A stretch of 64,000 nt of DNA from Mobula hypostoma (GCF_963921235.1 NC_086097.1:256124001-256188000), one strand, 5' to 3'; numbered from the stretch's first letter, positions 1 through 12,936 are shown. Notes: generated from the sequence alone by a model not told the origin. Program-made: numbers and translations.

Positions 1-2835
1 ATTTTAACATGCCAGTGGATTGGGAAAATCAGGTCGGCACTGGATCTCAAGAGAGAGAATTTGTCGAATGTCTGCGAAATGGCTTTTTAGAACAGCTTGT
101 TGTTGAGCCCAATAGGGGATCGGCTCTACTGGATTGGGTATTGTGTAATGAACTGGAGGTGATTAGAGAGATTGAGGTGAAGGAACCCTGAAGTGATCAT
201 AACATGATTGAGTTCACTGTGAAATTAGAAAAAGAGAAGCCGAAATCTGATGTGTCGGTATTTCAGTGGAGTAAAGGAAATTACAGTGGCGTGAGAGAGG
301 AACTGGCTAAAGTTGACTGGAAAGGAACACTGGTGGGAAGGACGGCAGAGCAGCAGTGGCTGGAGTTTATGCAAGAAGTGAGGAAGGTGCAAGACAGGTA
401 TATTCTGAAAAAGAAGAAATTTTCGAACGGAAAAAGGATGCAACAAGAGAAGTCAAAGCCAAAGTTAAAGCAAAGGAGAGGGCAAACAAGGAAGCAAAAA
501 TTAGTTGGAAGACAGAGGATTGGGAAGTTTTTAAAACCTTACAAAAGGAAACCAAGAAGGTCATTAAGAGGGAAAAGATGAACTATGAAAGGAAGCTAGC
601 TAATAATATCAAAGAGGATACTAAAAGCTTTTTCAAGTATATAAAGAGTAAAAGACAGGTGAGAGTACTTATAGCACTGATAGAAAATGATGCTGGAGAA
701 ATTGTAATGGGAGATAAGGAGATGGCGGAGGAACTGAACGAGTATTTTGCATCAGTCTTCACTGAGAAAGACATCAGTAGTATACCGGACACTCAAGGGT
801 GGCAGGGAAGAGAAGTGTGCGCAGTCACAATTACGACAGAGAAAGTACTCAGGAAGCTGAATAGGCTAAAGGTAGATAAATCTCCTGGACCAGATGGAAT
901 GCACCCGCGTGTTCTGAAGGAAGTAGCTGTGGAGATTGTGGAGATTGCGGAGGCATTAGCGATGATCTTTCAAAAGTTGATAGATTCTGGCATGGTTCCG
1001 GAGGACTGGAAGATTGCAAATGTCACTCCGCTATTTAAGAAGGGGGCAAGGAAGCAAAAAGGAAATTATAGACCTGTTAGCTTGACATTGGTGGTTGGGA
1101 AGTTGTTGGAGTGGATTGACAACGATGAGGTTACATAGAACATAGAATAGTATAGCACAATACAGGCCCTTCGGCCCACAATGTTGTGCCAACCCTCAAA
1201 CCCTGCCTCCCATATAAGCCCCCAACTTAAATTCCTCCATATACCTGTCCAGTAGTCTCTTAAACTTCACTAGTGTATCTGCCTCCACCACTGACTCAGG
1301 CAGTGCATTCCACGCACCAACCACTCTCCGAGTAAAAAACCTTCCTCTAATATCCCCCTTGAACTTTTCACCCCTTACCTTAAAGCCATGTCCTCTTGTA
1401 TATAACAGTGGTGCCCTGGGGAAGAGGCACTGGCTATCCACTCTATCTATTCCTCTTATTATCTTGTACACTTCTATCATGTCTCCTCTCATCCTCCTTC
1501 TCTCCAAAGAGTAAAGCCCTAGCTCCCTTAAGGAGTACCTGGAGGCATGACAAGAGAGGCAGAACTCAGCATGGTTTCCTTAAAGGAAAATCCTGCCTGA
1601 CAAATCTATTTCAATTTTTTGAGGAAATTACCAGTAGGCTAGACAAGGGAGATGCAGTGGATGTTGTATATTGGATTTTCAGAAGGCCTTTGACAAGGTG
1701 CCACACATGAGGCTACTTAACAAGATAAGAGCCCACGGAATTACAGGAAAGTTACATACGTGGATAGAGCGTTGGCTGATTGGTAGGAAACAGAGAGTGG
1801 GAATAAAGGGATCCTATTCTGGTTGGCTGCCAGTTACCAGTGGTGTTCCACAGGGGTCCTTGTTGGGGCCACTTCTTTTTACGTTGTACATCAACGATTT
1901 GGATTATGGAATAGATGGCTTTGTGGCTAAGTTTGCTGATGATACGAAGATAAGTGGAGGGGCCGGTAGTGCTGAGGAAACAGAGAATCTGCAGAGAGAC
2001 TTGGATAGATTGGAAGAATGGCAAAGAAGTGGCAAATGAAATACAATGTTGGAAAGTGTATGGTTATGCACTTTGGCAGAAGAAATAAACGAGCAGACTA
2101 TTATTTAAATGGGGAGAGAATTCAAAGTTCTGAGATGCAACGGGACTTGGGCGTCCTCGTGAAGGATACCCTTAACCTCCAGGTTGAGTTGGTGGTGTAG
2201 AAGGCGAATGCAATGTTGCCATTCATTTCTAGAGGAATAGGAGCAGGGGTGTGATGTTGAGGCTCTATAAGGCGCTGGTGAGACCTCACTTGCAGTACTG
2301 TAGGCAGTTTTGGTCTCCTTATTTAAGAAAGGATGTGCTGACGGTTACAGAGAAGATTTACTAGAAAGATTCCGGGAATGAGAGGGTTAACATATGAGGA
2401 ACATTTGTCCGCTCTTGGACTGTATTCCTTGGAATTTAGAAGAATGATGGGGGACCTCATAGAAACATTTTGAATGTTGAAAGACATGGACAGAGTGGAT
2501 GTGGCAAAGTTGTTTCCCAGGATGGAGGAGTCTAGTATGAGAGGGCATGACTTAAGGATTGAAGGGTGCCCATTCAGAACAGAGATGCAAAGAAATTTTT
2601 TTAGCCAGAGGGTGGTGAATCTATGGAATTTGTTGCCATGGGCGGCAGTGGAGGCCAAGTCATTGGGTGTATTTAAGGCAGAGATTGATAGGTATCTGAG
2701 TAGCCAGGGCATCAAAGATTATGGTGAGAAGGTGGGGAGTGGGACTAAATGGGAGAATGGATCAGCTCATGATAAAATGGCAGAGCAGACTCGATGGGCC
2801 GAATGGCCGATTTCTGCTCCTTTGTCTTATGGTCT
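1..2835 (+). mobile_element. CR1 LINE, degenerate ORF2 (end of APE, RT, 3' end); runs off the window start
   Basis: Frameshifted ORF2 pieces: [37 protein letters not shown]. 3' tail ...gtcttatggtct. Confidence 0.95.
1136..1531 (-). mobile_element. 5'-truncated CR1 3' fragment nested antisense in the CR1 at 1-2835
   Basis: ORF 1196-1507 is a CR1 ORF2 C-terminus with a (catagaa)n tail. The host sequence gaggttaca|gagtacctgg is uninterrupted in the related copy at ~57890. Confidence 0.9.
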
Positions 2836-4750
2836 AAATGTTCAAATTGTGCTCGCATGCACCACTTGAGCTGGCAGCTCGTTCCACACTTTCATGACCC
2901 TCTGAGTGAAGAAGCTTCCCCCTATGTTCCCTTTAAACTTTTCACCTTTTACCCTTAACGCTTCACCTCTAGTTGTATCCACACCAAACCTCAGTGGAAA
3001 AAAAAACTTATTTACATTTTTCCTGTAGGTAAGTGACCAAAACTGCACACACACTCCAAATTAGGCCTCAACTATGTCCTATACAACTTCAACATAATGC
3101 CCCATCTCCTGTACTCTATACTTTGATTAATGATGGCCAATATGCCAAAAGCTTTCTTTATGACCCTATCTAACTGTGATGCCACTTTCAATGAATTCTG
3201 TACTTGTATTCCCAGATCCTTTTGTTCTACTGCACTCCTCGGTGCTCTACCATTCACTGTGTAAGACCTACCCTGGTTAGTCCTACTGAAGTGCAACACC
3301 TCAGACTTGTCTACGTTAAATTTCATCAGCCACTTCCAATCTTGTTGTCATCTGCAAATTTGCTGATCCAGTTAGCCACGTTTGATATAGGTGACAAACA
3401 GTAACAGACCCAGCATTGATCCCTGTGGCACTCTTAATTGTCACAGGCCTCCAGTAAGAGAGGCAACCCTCTACTACCACTCTTTGGTTTCTCCCAAAAA
3501 GCCAATGTCTAATCCAATTTACATCATCATCATGAATGCCGAGCGACTGAACCTTCTTGACTAACCTTCCATGCAAATGTTGTCAAATGCCTTGCTAAAG
3601 TCCATGTGGACAACATCCTCTGTCTTGCCTTCATCAACTTTCCCAGTAACTTCCCTGAAAAACTCTTAAGATTGGTTAGCCATGACCTACCATGCACAAA
3701 GCCAAGCTGACTATGCTTAATCAATACATGTCTATCCAAACACTCATCTATCCAGTCCCTCAGAATACCCTTCAATAACTTTCCCATTACTTACGTCATG
3801 CTAACCAGCCTATAATTTCCTGGTTTATTTTTAGAGTCTTTCTTAAACAGTGGAACAGCATTGCTATCCTTCAATCCTCTGGTACCTCACCCATCACTAA
3901 GGATGATTTAAATATTTCTGCTAGGGTCCTTGGCAATTTCTGCACTTACCTCCCACAGGGTCTGAGTGAACAACTTGTCAGGCCCTGGGGATTTATCCAC
4001 CCTGATTTGCCTCAGAACAGCAAACATCGCCTCTTCTGTAATCCCTGTAATTCACCAAGCAGTAAACCTGAGCAACATCTCCACCCACTGATGCACGAAG
4101 TTGATGCCACTTTGCCGCACTTCTATAGTCTCTATGTCTGTCTTCTCAGTAAATAAAGATGCAAAGAATTCATTTAAGATCCCCCCATCTCTTTTGGCCC
4201 TACACATGGATTACCATTCTGATCTTCCAGATGACCGATTTTGTCCCTTACAATCCTTTTGATACAACATATCTGTAGCATCCCTTAGGATTCTCCTTCA
4301 ACTTGTTTGCTGGGCAACCACATGCCTTCCTTTAGCCCTCCTGATTTCTTTCTTAAGTGCCCTCTTGCATTGCATATACTCCATAAGCACATCATTTGTT
4401 CCTACCTGCTTATATCTGTTATGCACCACCATTTTTTCTTAACCAGGGCCTCAATATCTCTTGAAAACCAAGTTTCCCTGCAAATGTTGTCATCACCTTT
4501 ATCCTGACAGGTATATACAAGCTTATTACTCTCAAAATTTCTCTTTTGAAGGCCTCTCACTTACCAAGTACACCTTAGCCAGAAAATAGCCTGTACAAAT
4601 CCACTTGCCAGATCCTTTCTGATTTCATCAAAATTGGCCTTTTTCTAATTTAGATTATCAACTGACAGACCAGATCTTTTCCCATATTTACCAAGAAACT
4701 AATGTAATTATGATCACTAGATGCAAAGTGTTCCCCTGCACAAAGATCTG
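2836..4750 (-). mobile_element. Degenerate CR1 LINE ORF2
   Basis: Fragmented RT and C-terminal motifs in ORFs 2842-3787, with internal deletions. Confidence 0.88.
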
Positions 4751-4904
4751 CCACATCATGAAGGAACCCACCTACCCTGGTCAAGGACTGTTAGTCCCAC
4801 TCCCATCCGGGAGGATGCTTTGTAGCCTCCAAACCAGGACCACCAGACTCAAACACAGTTACTTTCCCTAAGCAACATCTCCCCCACTGATCATGATAGC
4901 TGGT

Positions 4905-7835
4905 TCTTCACTTGCAAAGATCAAGAGGGAAGAAGAGTCCTAGGGAGCGATGGCACGATCGTTAGTGACTGTAGAGGCCAATTCTGGATCTGCAGACTCT
5001 GGAGCAGTAGGGACATGGGAACAGCTGGGATGGAGGCTCTTGGGTAGTAGGACCCTTCCTGCATCTCCTCTTCTCTTCAGCTTCCTGGATTCCTCAAAAT
5101 TCTTGGCTCCTCCATCGATCAGTGTTCTCCAGCGGCCACTGTCACAAGCCAGCTGCTGCCACTCATTGACTTCAATATTTGCCCAAGAGAACTGTGGCTT
5201 AAGTTGGTCTTTGTATCTCTTGTGCGAGGCACCATAATTTCCCTTCCCCTGAGAGAGTCCTTCGTAGAGTACTGCTTTCGGTAACCTGGAGTTGTCTAAG
5301 TGAGACACATAGCCTGACCAGCAGAGCTACTTGAGCAGCAAAGTAGCTTCAATGCTTGGAAGTTGAGCCTTGTCCAGGACTTCATTGTTGGATACATGAT
5401 CCTGCCAGCCGATACCCATGATGGAACAGAGGCAGCGCTGATGGAAGCGCTCAAACAACTGGATTTGCTTGTGATGCAAGACACAGGCTACAGAACCTTA
5501 TAGCAGTGTTGTGATAACAGCAGCCCTGTACACCCAGATTTGTGTGGACAGATACAGCTGATGGTTCTTCTACATGTTTCTGCAAGTGCCCAAAGCCACT
5601 GCTGCCTCTGGTGAGTCAACTGTCAACACCCCGTACTACCGTAGCATCGCTGGAGATGACGCAGCCCAGATAGGTGAACTGCTCAACCTGGTGAGAGGGT
5701 GGTCGTCAATGGTGATCTGAGGCTGGTAACACACGCTACGAGGGGACTTCCGATGTGGGATCATTGTGTTCTTCAGACAGACCACTAACCCGAAAGCCCC
5801 TGCAGCCTGGGCAAACTGAATGACTGCAGGCTGTAGCACATCCTGTGTGTGTGTGAGAACACAGTCGTCTGTATATAGTCACTTCGAGAATGGGCTCTTG
5901 CATGGTTTTTGTTTGGGTGAGAAGGTAGAGGAAGTTGAAAATATTTCCGTCGGAGCAGAACAGAACAGAATATAGATGCTCTCCGAAGTGGTCTCTTTCG
6001 CTTCCCGTAGCACCATGCTGAAAAGATGGTGAAGAGCATTGCTGCCAAAACACAGGCTTAGTTTATGCCAGTACTGATAGGGAATGGGTCAGACAGGTCG
6101 CTGTTGTGTTTAACCTGACTGCCTTGGCCTTCATGGAGCTGCTGCAGGATGGTGAGGAATTTTGGGGGACAGCCAAGTTTCAACAGAATCTTCCAGAGAC
6201 CATCGTGACTGACTGTATCAAAGGCATTGGTCAGGTCAATGAAAGCCGTGTACAGTCCCTTGTTCTGTTCAAGCCACTTGTCCTGTATCTGGTTCAGGAT
6301 GACGATTATGTCGACGTGCCTCTATTCGCTCTGTGAGGTTGCCTTCGGCAATGGTAGGGATGATTCTGTCCAAGAGAATTCTGGTGAGAATCTTCCCGGC
6401 AGGGGACAGCAGGTAATGCCTCTGTAGTTAGAGCAATCCAATTTCCCCCCTTTATTCTTGTACAGGGAAACAATTAAAACATCAATTAGATCACTGGGGA
6501 CTGAACCTTTTTCCCAACAGAGTGTGAACAGGTTTGTGAGTTCACTCAGAAGAATGTCTCTGTCCATTTTGTACGTTTTCGCTAGGATTCCATCAATGCC
6601 TGGAGCTTTATGGCATTTTAGCTTAGAAATAGTGACTGACTGCGTCCAGAGCTGGTGGGCCACCAAGCTTAAGCCTGACCTCATGCTGGGGGAATCATTT
6701 CAATGGATGCTTTTCATATTTGATGATTATCCCCAAAAAGGTTCTCATAATACTTTGTCCATTGCCTCATGATTGCTTCCTGTTTGTCAGTGGGCTGAAG
6801 AAATCGGATGATCATAGAGGAGTTTGAACCTGACGAAACCATACACTACATGCAGCCATTCGCAGAAAGCTTGAGCGTTGCCAGTGTCTGAATAGTGCTA
6901 CGCTTGTTCTGCTCGGGTAGTCCACCAATCATTTCGCACCTGTCTCAGCTCGACTTGGACAGGTGCAAAACGCAGCTCTGTATTCTGCCTTGGCCGTCTG
7001 GTCGTCAGGTCTAGACAGCACCACTTGATGGGAAGCACATTTCTTCTTCAGCAGTGTCACGTACACGCAACCCTGTAAAAGTATCAGCAGCAATAGAACA
7101 CACCCGGAGTCTGGTTTTGCTGTTAACAAAACACTACTTTATTAGTAACTATGTCAGATAGTAACTTAAACCAGGTAAATCAAGAGTTAATGGTGTTATG
7201 CATATATAGGTGTATAGATAAATCCCCAAGCTTCTTCAAAGCAAGGGTGGTAAGTGATACAGTCTTACGATGGTGTGGTAAGGGAAATCAGTTCAGTCCA
7301 TGGGATTGAAGTGAGAGAAAGAGATTTGTAATCCAAGTAACAGGTGTCGTCGATCTTCCTCGATGTCCTCCAAATCTTCCAAGTTAGCTAAACTTGACCA
7401 ACTTAAGAGCGCCATCTTCAAGTGATATCTACCAACCCAGGCAAGGGTTAGACACACCGGTAGATTCTACAGGGTCGCCCCTACACGCACTGATAGTCAC
7501 GGATTGATTCCCCTTAATCGATCCTCAGCCCCACCCTTGTGGGCACTTAAAAGTTAAGTGGCGTCTGCATGTCCTGCCAAAGAGACAATTACGCTAGTTT
7601 AAATACCAGTGTGCCGATCACCAGCTGTCCTTCATGTAGCTCCTCCCTCTCTCTCTCTCTGTGCAGCAAGCTATTTGCACTGTACGTCTCTCTCTCTCTC
7701 TCTCTCTTTTACAGGCATGATTCTTAAAGGCACATTCCATAATGAATAAAACTTAAGATTCCATCACAAGCAGGTTCCGAATTTCAACATCACTTTCATC
7801 AAACCAGTCCTCGTTTCTTCTTGAGGAGTACCCAA
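4905..7835 (-). mobile_element. Degenerate RTE-clade LINE, interrupted by a solo LTR
   Basis: KAPGIDGI...CSNYRGI; C-terminal SRLPKAVLYEGLSQGK...RYKDQLK; DWFDE motif near 7790-7810. Confidence 0.85.
7055..7768 (-). mobile_element. Solo LTR (714 bp) with 5-bp TSD AGCAG
   Basis: TG...CA termini. AGCAG at 7050-7054 and 7769-7773. The host RTE resumes across the insertion. Orientation inferred only from a minus-strand AATAAA at ~7138-7143. Confidence 0.8.
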
Positions 7836-7849
7836 CTACCTCGACAGCC

Positions 7850-8960
7850 GTATCCTTGGGGCAAAACGACAGGTGTTAGATGACACTGTAAGTCGCAGTG
7901 TCAACTCTGCACGTAGGCGGTTCAGACCCATGGGTCGTCTGTCTGTTGACCTGAGGCAACAACATTTGGCACCCCTCTGAGTGACCAAGCTGCCCTCTTC
8001 AGGGATAGCACTGCTTGCTCCAGATGGAGATGTACCTAAAAAAGGTGGTCCAAAAAAAGCTTGCCTCACCACCAACTGGTTGGCGTGCCACAGCCAACAG
8101 GCATCTCAGTCAAGCAGTAAGAGAAAGGAAAATAAATTAGTCAACATATCTCAAAATCGCATGCTGGAATGAACAGACAATGCAGGATTCTACTGAAAGT
8201 GACCAACCCCAACACTCAGCGCTCGTGGTACAAGAACTAGCTCAGCTGGACATTGACATCTCTGCTATAAGCAAAGTACGTTTTGCTGATTGAGGATCTT
8301 TGATCAAGCATAGTGCAGGCTACGCTCTCCTCTGGTCAGCAGAAGCAGCCAAGAGAATAGACTCTCCGGGATAGGCTTCATGGACAAATATATCACCGTA
8401 AATAAGCTTCAAAGCCTACAAGTCGGACACTCAGATCGACTTATGCTGCTATGACTCCCGCTGAAAGACAACCAATTGTCAACCTTGTAAGTGTCTACGC
8501 CTCCATACTGCAAGCAGATCCAGCTGCCAAAGAGATGTTCTATGGGGAGCTGAAGTCCCTCCTATTGGAAACATATAAGGTAGACAAGACTTCAATGCCA
8601 GGGTGGATAGAGATGTCGAGGTATGGCTGGGAGTCTTGGTTATCATGGTGTTGGAAACTGCAATGACAACAGGAGGACGCTCCTGGAGCTCTGCACAGTA
8701 TTAGGCCTGGTTATAACAAATACACAGTTTCAACAGAAAGCCAGGTTCAAGACAAACTGGAGACACCCCTGATCCAAACACCGTCACCTCCTGGACTGCA
8801 TCCTGGTGTACAGAAAGGATGTGTCGGATGTTCTACAGACCAGGGTCATGTCAAGCACAAACTGTTAAACATATCACAGACTGAACAGGGCGAAAATCAG
8901 ACTAGCTATCAAGCTGGAAATAAGGAAAAGGGGCCTACGGTCGAAGATACTCCAGATGGA
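7850..8960 (+). mobile_element. RTE 5' region / APE endonuclease relic, opposite in orientation to the adjacent RTE body
   Basis: By-eye translation SALVVQELAQLDIDISAISKVRF...; NLVSVYA; TNWRHP*SK..HLLD, typical of RTE APE. Confidence 0.75.
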
Positions 8961-9149
8961 TATAGCCCTTTGGTCTCCGAGAAATATTCTAGATCAAGCT
9001 AAGGGAGAAACTGGACAGCAAAGGCACCCCAAGTGCAGACTCCACCCATATACTCCAACATTTTTTACACCAGTATTATTGGCGCATACAGGGCATATTC
9101 ATGCCCTAATCTGGAACTGTCTGACTACTAGTCTTTATTTCTAGTTCCG

Positions 9150-9890
9150 GCCTAAAGACCAGTGATAGGAAAGGCAAAACTGATTACCAAGTCAGTGAGA
9201 GTATGGCCTGAAGGAGCTGTCTCACGCCTTCAGGACTGCTTCGCGTGCATAGACTAGAACCTATTTGCATGCCAAGCAATGCACGATTCGGGAAATGACT
9301 TTGAGGAATACACACCATGGTCATGCACTATATCAAATACTGTGTAGACAACATCACTAGTAATAAAAACATCCGTGTATTCCTGAATCAGAAGCCATGG
9401 ATAAACAACAAAATCCAGAACCTACTCAAGGCTCGGGATGCTGCTTACAGATCCAGTGATGCTGCAGCATACAGCAAAGCCAATCAAACCTTAAAAGAGG
9501 CATCAAAACCGCGAAGTACAGATTTGCACAACAGATAGATACATGCCTTCAATAATGCCACCAACCCCGGACACATGCGGGAAGGCATCATGTCCATCAC
9601 TGACTACAAAGGAAATATCTCCTGCCCTGCTAACAGTGGCGCCACATCAACTAAGGAGCTAAACAACTTCTTTGCTCGGTTTGACAGGGACAATAACGAA
9701 GCAGAGATGAACATATTAACACCCAAGAACACAGTGCTGAAGCTGAGGACATGAGGAGAGGCATACTCTCTGTAGTATTAACGCACACAGAGCTGCTGCA
9801 CCAGATGGCATACCTGGGTGGGTCCTCAGGGACTGCACTGACTAGCTGACAGAAGTTTTTACTGAAATCTATAACCTCTCCGTCCCTTCA
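9150..9890 (+). mobile_element. Rex1/Babar-like LINE fragment (linker upstream of RT)
   Basis: VWPEGAVSRLQDCF; NQKPWIN..LLKARDAAYRS; ELNNFFARFD; AAAPDGI. Confidence 0.75.
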
Positions 9891-10264
9891 CAAACAAGAG
9901 AAAATCCTGCAGATGCTGAAAATCCTAGTATCACACACAAAATGCTGGAGGAACTCAGCGGGCCAGGCAGTATCTAGGAAAAGTCATTTTAGAAACACAC
10001 AATCAATCTATGTATAAGAGCTATCTTATGTATTTATATATATCATGTGTATTTTTTATTATTGTGTTCTTTATCGTATTCTGTTATTTTTTATGCTGTA
10101 CCTGATCCAGAGAAACAATTACTTTGTTCTCCTTGCACATGTGTACAAGAAATGACATCTTGAATCCTTATAACAGGAATACTGCAGATGCTGGAAATTC
10201 AAGCAACATACATCAAAGTTGCTGGTGAACGCAGCAGGCCAGGCAGCATCTCTAGGAAGAGGTA

Positions 10265-10306
10265 CAGTCGACGTTTCCGGCCGAGACCCTTCGTCAGGAC
10301 TAACTG
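10265..10306 (-). ncRNA. Minimal type I hammerhead ribozyme motif (Penelope-associated)
   Basis: Minus strand AGTC-CTGACGA-A-GGGTCTCGGCCG-GAAA-CG-TC-GACT: stem I AGTC/GACT, both core boxes, GUC cleavage triplet, palindromic ACGT stem III. Stem II closing pair is mismatched. Confidence 0.75.
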
Positions 10307-10590
10307 AAGGAAGAGTTAGTAAGAGATTTGAAAGTGAGAGGGGGAGGGGGAGATCCAAAATGATAGGAGAAGACAGGAGGGGGAGGGATGGAGCCAAGAG
10401 CTGGACAGTTGATTGGCAAAAGGGATATGAGAGGATCATGGGACAGGAGGTCCAGGGAGAAAGACGGGGGGGGGGGTGGAACCAGAGGATGGGCAAGGGG
10501 TATAGTCAGAGGGACAGAGGGAGAAAAAGGAGAGTGAATATGTGTATAAAAATAAATAACGGATGGGGTACGAGGGGTAGGTGGGGCATT

Positions 10591-10671
10591 ATCCACGACC
10601 TCCTCTACTGTAAAAATATCCACGGCCTCCTCTACTGTAAAGATATCCACGGCCTCCTCTACTGTAAAGAT
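10591..10671 (+). repeat. 3 x 27-bp tandem repeat (ATCCACGGCCTCCTCTACTGTAAAGAT)
   Basis: Units at 10591, 10618 and 10645, in frame (IH[D/G]LLYCK x3). Confidence 0.95.
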
Positions 10672-11011
10672 GAAGCCACACTCAGGTTGGAGGAACAACA
10701 CCTTATATTCCGTCTGGGTAGCCTCCAACCTGATGGCATGAACACTAACTTCCGCTAATGCCCCACCTCCCCCTCGTACCCCATCCTTTTTCTCCCTCTA
10801 TCCCTCTGACTATACCCCTTGCCCATCCTCTGGTTTCCCCACCCCCCCCCTTGTCTTTCTCCCTGGACCTCCTGTCCCATGATCCTCTCATATCCCCTTT
10901 GCCAACCACCTGTCCAGCTCTTGGCTCCATCCCTCCCCCTCCTGTCTTCTCCTATCATTTTGGATCTCCCCATCCCCCTCCCACTTTCAAATCTCTTACT
11001 AACTCTTCCTT

Positions 11012-11053
11012 CAGTTAGTCCTGACGAAGGGTCTCGGCCTGAAACGTTGACTG
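11012..11053 (+). ncRNA. Minimal type I hammerhead ribozyme motif (Penelope-associated)
   Basis: AGTC-CTGACGA-A-GGGTCTCGGCCT-GAAA-CG-TT-GACT; GUU triplet. Confidence 0.72.
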
Positions 11054-11524
11054 TACCTCTTCCTAGAGATGCTGCCGGGCCTGCTGCGTTCACCAGCAAC
11101 TTTGTTGCGTGTTTCTTGAATCCTTATACCAGCTCTATCTCCTCTGTTCATTCAGTCCAGATGAAAGGTCATGACCAAAAAAATTGCCTATCCATTTCCC
11201 TCCACAGATATTGCCTGACCTGCTCAGTATCACCAGCAGGCAGTTTTTTTGTCTTAGAGAGATTTGATGCATGTTATCGAGTTTGAAAGACACAAAATAC
11301 CTTAACCTGGAAAGATGTTGGAAGTCCTTTCCACTCTGTCAAAACTTCTCATTAAGATACCACTTAAGCTCCTCCGAACAGTCCTGATTTTTCCAATACC
11401 TTCTCCCAACTAAAATTCCTCCTTGTTGGCAATAACCTGGTTAATCTCCTCTGTACCCTGTCTGACATTTTACAGTATCTTGGCAAAAAATGCATAATGC
11501 ATTAAGAAAGATCATTTAGATGGA

Positions 11525-12757
11525 ATCATAGAAAACCTATAGCACAATACAGGCCCTTCGGCCCACAATGATGTGCCAAACATGTACTTACTTTAGAAAT
11601 TACTAGGGTTACCCATAGCCCTCTATTTTTCTAAGCTTCATGTACCTATCCAAGAGTCTCTTAAAAGACCCTACTGTATCCACCTCACCAGTCACCGGCA
11701 GCCCATTCCACGCACTCACTACTCTCTGCGTAAAAAACTTACCCCTGACATCCCCTCTGTACCTACTTCCAAGCAACTTAAAACTATGCCACCTCGTGTT
11801 AGCCATTTCAGCCCTGGGAAAAACCTCTGACTATCCACACGATCAATGCCTCTCTTCATCTTATACACCTCTATCAGGTCACCTCTCATCCTCCATCGCT
11901 CCAAGGAGAAAAGAACAAATTCACTCAACCTATTCTCATAAGGTATACTCCCCAATCCAGGCAACATCTTTGTAAATCTCCTTTGCACCCTTTTTATAGT
12001 TTCCACACCCTTCCTGTAGTGAGGTGACCAGAACTGAGCACAGTACTCCAAGTGGGGTCTGACCAGGGTTCTATATAGCTGCAACATTACTTCACAGCTC
12101 TTAAACTCAATCTCATGATTGATGAAGGCCAATGCTTTCTTACCCAGTCAACCTGCGCAGCAGCATTGAGTGTCCTATGGACTTGGATCCCAAGATCCCT
12201 CTGATCCTCCACACTGCCAAGAGTCTTACCATTAATACTATATTCTGTCTTCAAATTTGACCTACCAAAATGAACCACCTCACACTTATCTGGGTTGAAC
12301 TCCATCTGTTACTTCTCAGCCCAGTTTTGCATCCTATCAATGTCCCGCTGTAATCTCTGACAGCCCTCCACACTATCCCCAACACTCCCAACCTTTGTGT
12401 CATCAGCAAATTTACTAACCCATCCTTTCACTTCCTCATCCAGGTCATTTATAAAAATCACGACAAGAAGAGGTCCCAGAACAGATCCCTGAGGCATACC
12501 ACTGGTCGCCTGTCTACAACCATTCTTTGCCTTCTGTGGGCAAGCCAATTCTAGATCCACAAAGCAATGTTCCCTTGGACCCTATGCCTCCTGACTTTCT
12601 CTATAAGCCTTGCATTGAGTACCTTATCAAATGCCTTGCTGAAATCCATATACACTACATTGACTGCTCTACCTTCATCAATGTGTTTAGTCACATCCTC
12701 AAAAAATGCAATCAGGCTAGCAAGGCACAACCTGCCTTTGACAAAGCCATGCTGATG
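11525..12757 (-). mobile_element. 5'-truncated CR1 LINE
   Basis: QHGFVKGRLC, DFSKAFDKV, KFADDTK, RPHLEYC; catagaa tail. Confidence 0.92.
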
Positions 12758-12936
12758 GTATTGCATATTTTTAATTTGTTTACTTAAACTACATTTTTAG
12801 AACATAGATTCACAGAAACTATCTACCGGTACCACAATTTTGAGATTTAAAATATTTCTGCCTAATATAAAGTTCATAGCAAGTCTTTCTTAGATTAAAT
12901 TAGTCAAATTTAAATGAGAATATTTATAAAAGTTAC

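Larger units (their letters stand above)
10173..11113. mobile_element. Penelope-like element: GIY-YIG C-terminal fragment between two inverted 3' (pseudo-LTR) arms, 15-bp TSD
   Basis: IHGLLYCKDEATLRLEEQHLIFRLGSLQPDGMN (Penelope ORF end). Inverted arms ~10197-10591 and ~10756-11121. TCTTGAATCCTTATA at 10158-10172 and 11114-11128. Confidence 0.88.

Noticed and set aside
10591..10671. 27-bp repeats as a CRISPR-like array
   Set aside because: No spacers; head-to-tail tandem copies of Penelope coding sequence in a eukaryotic genome.
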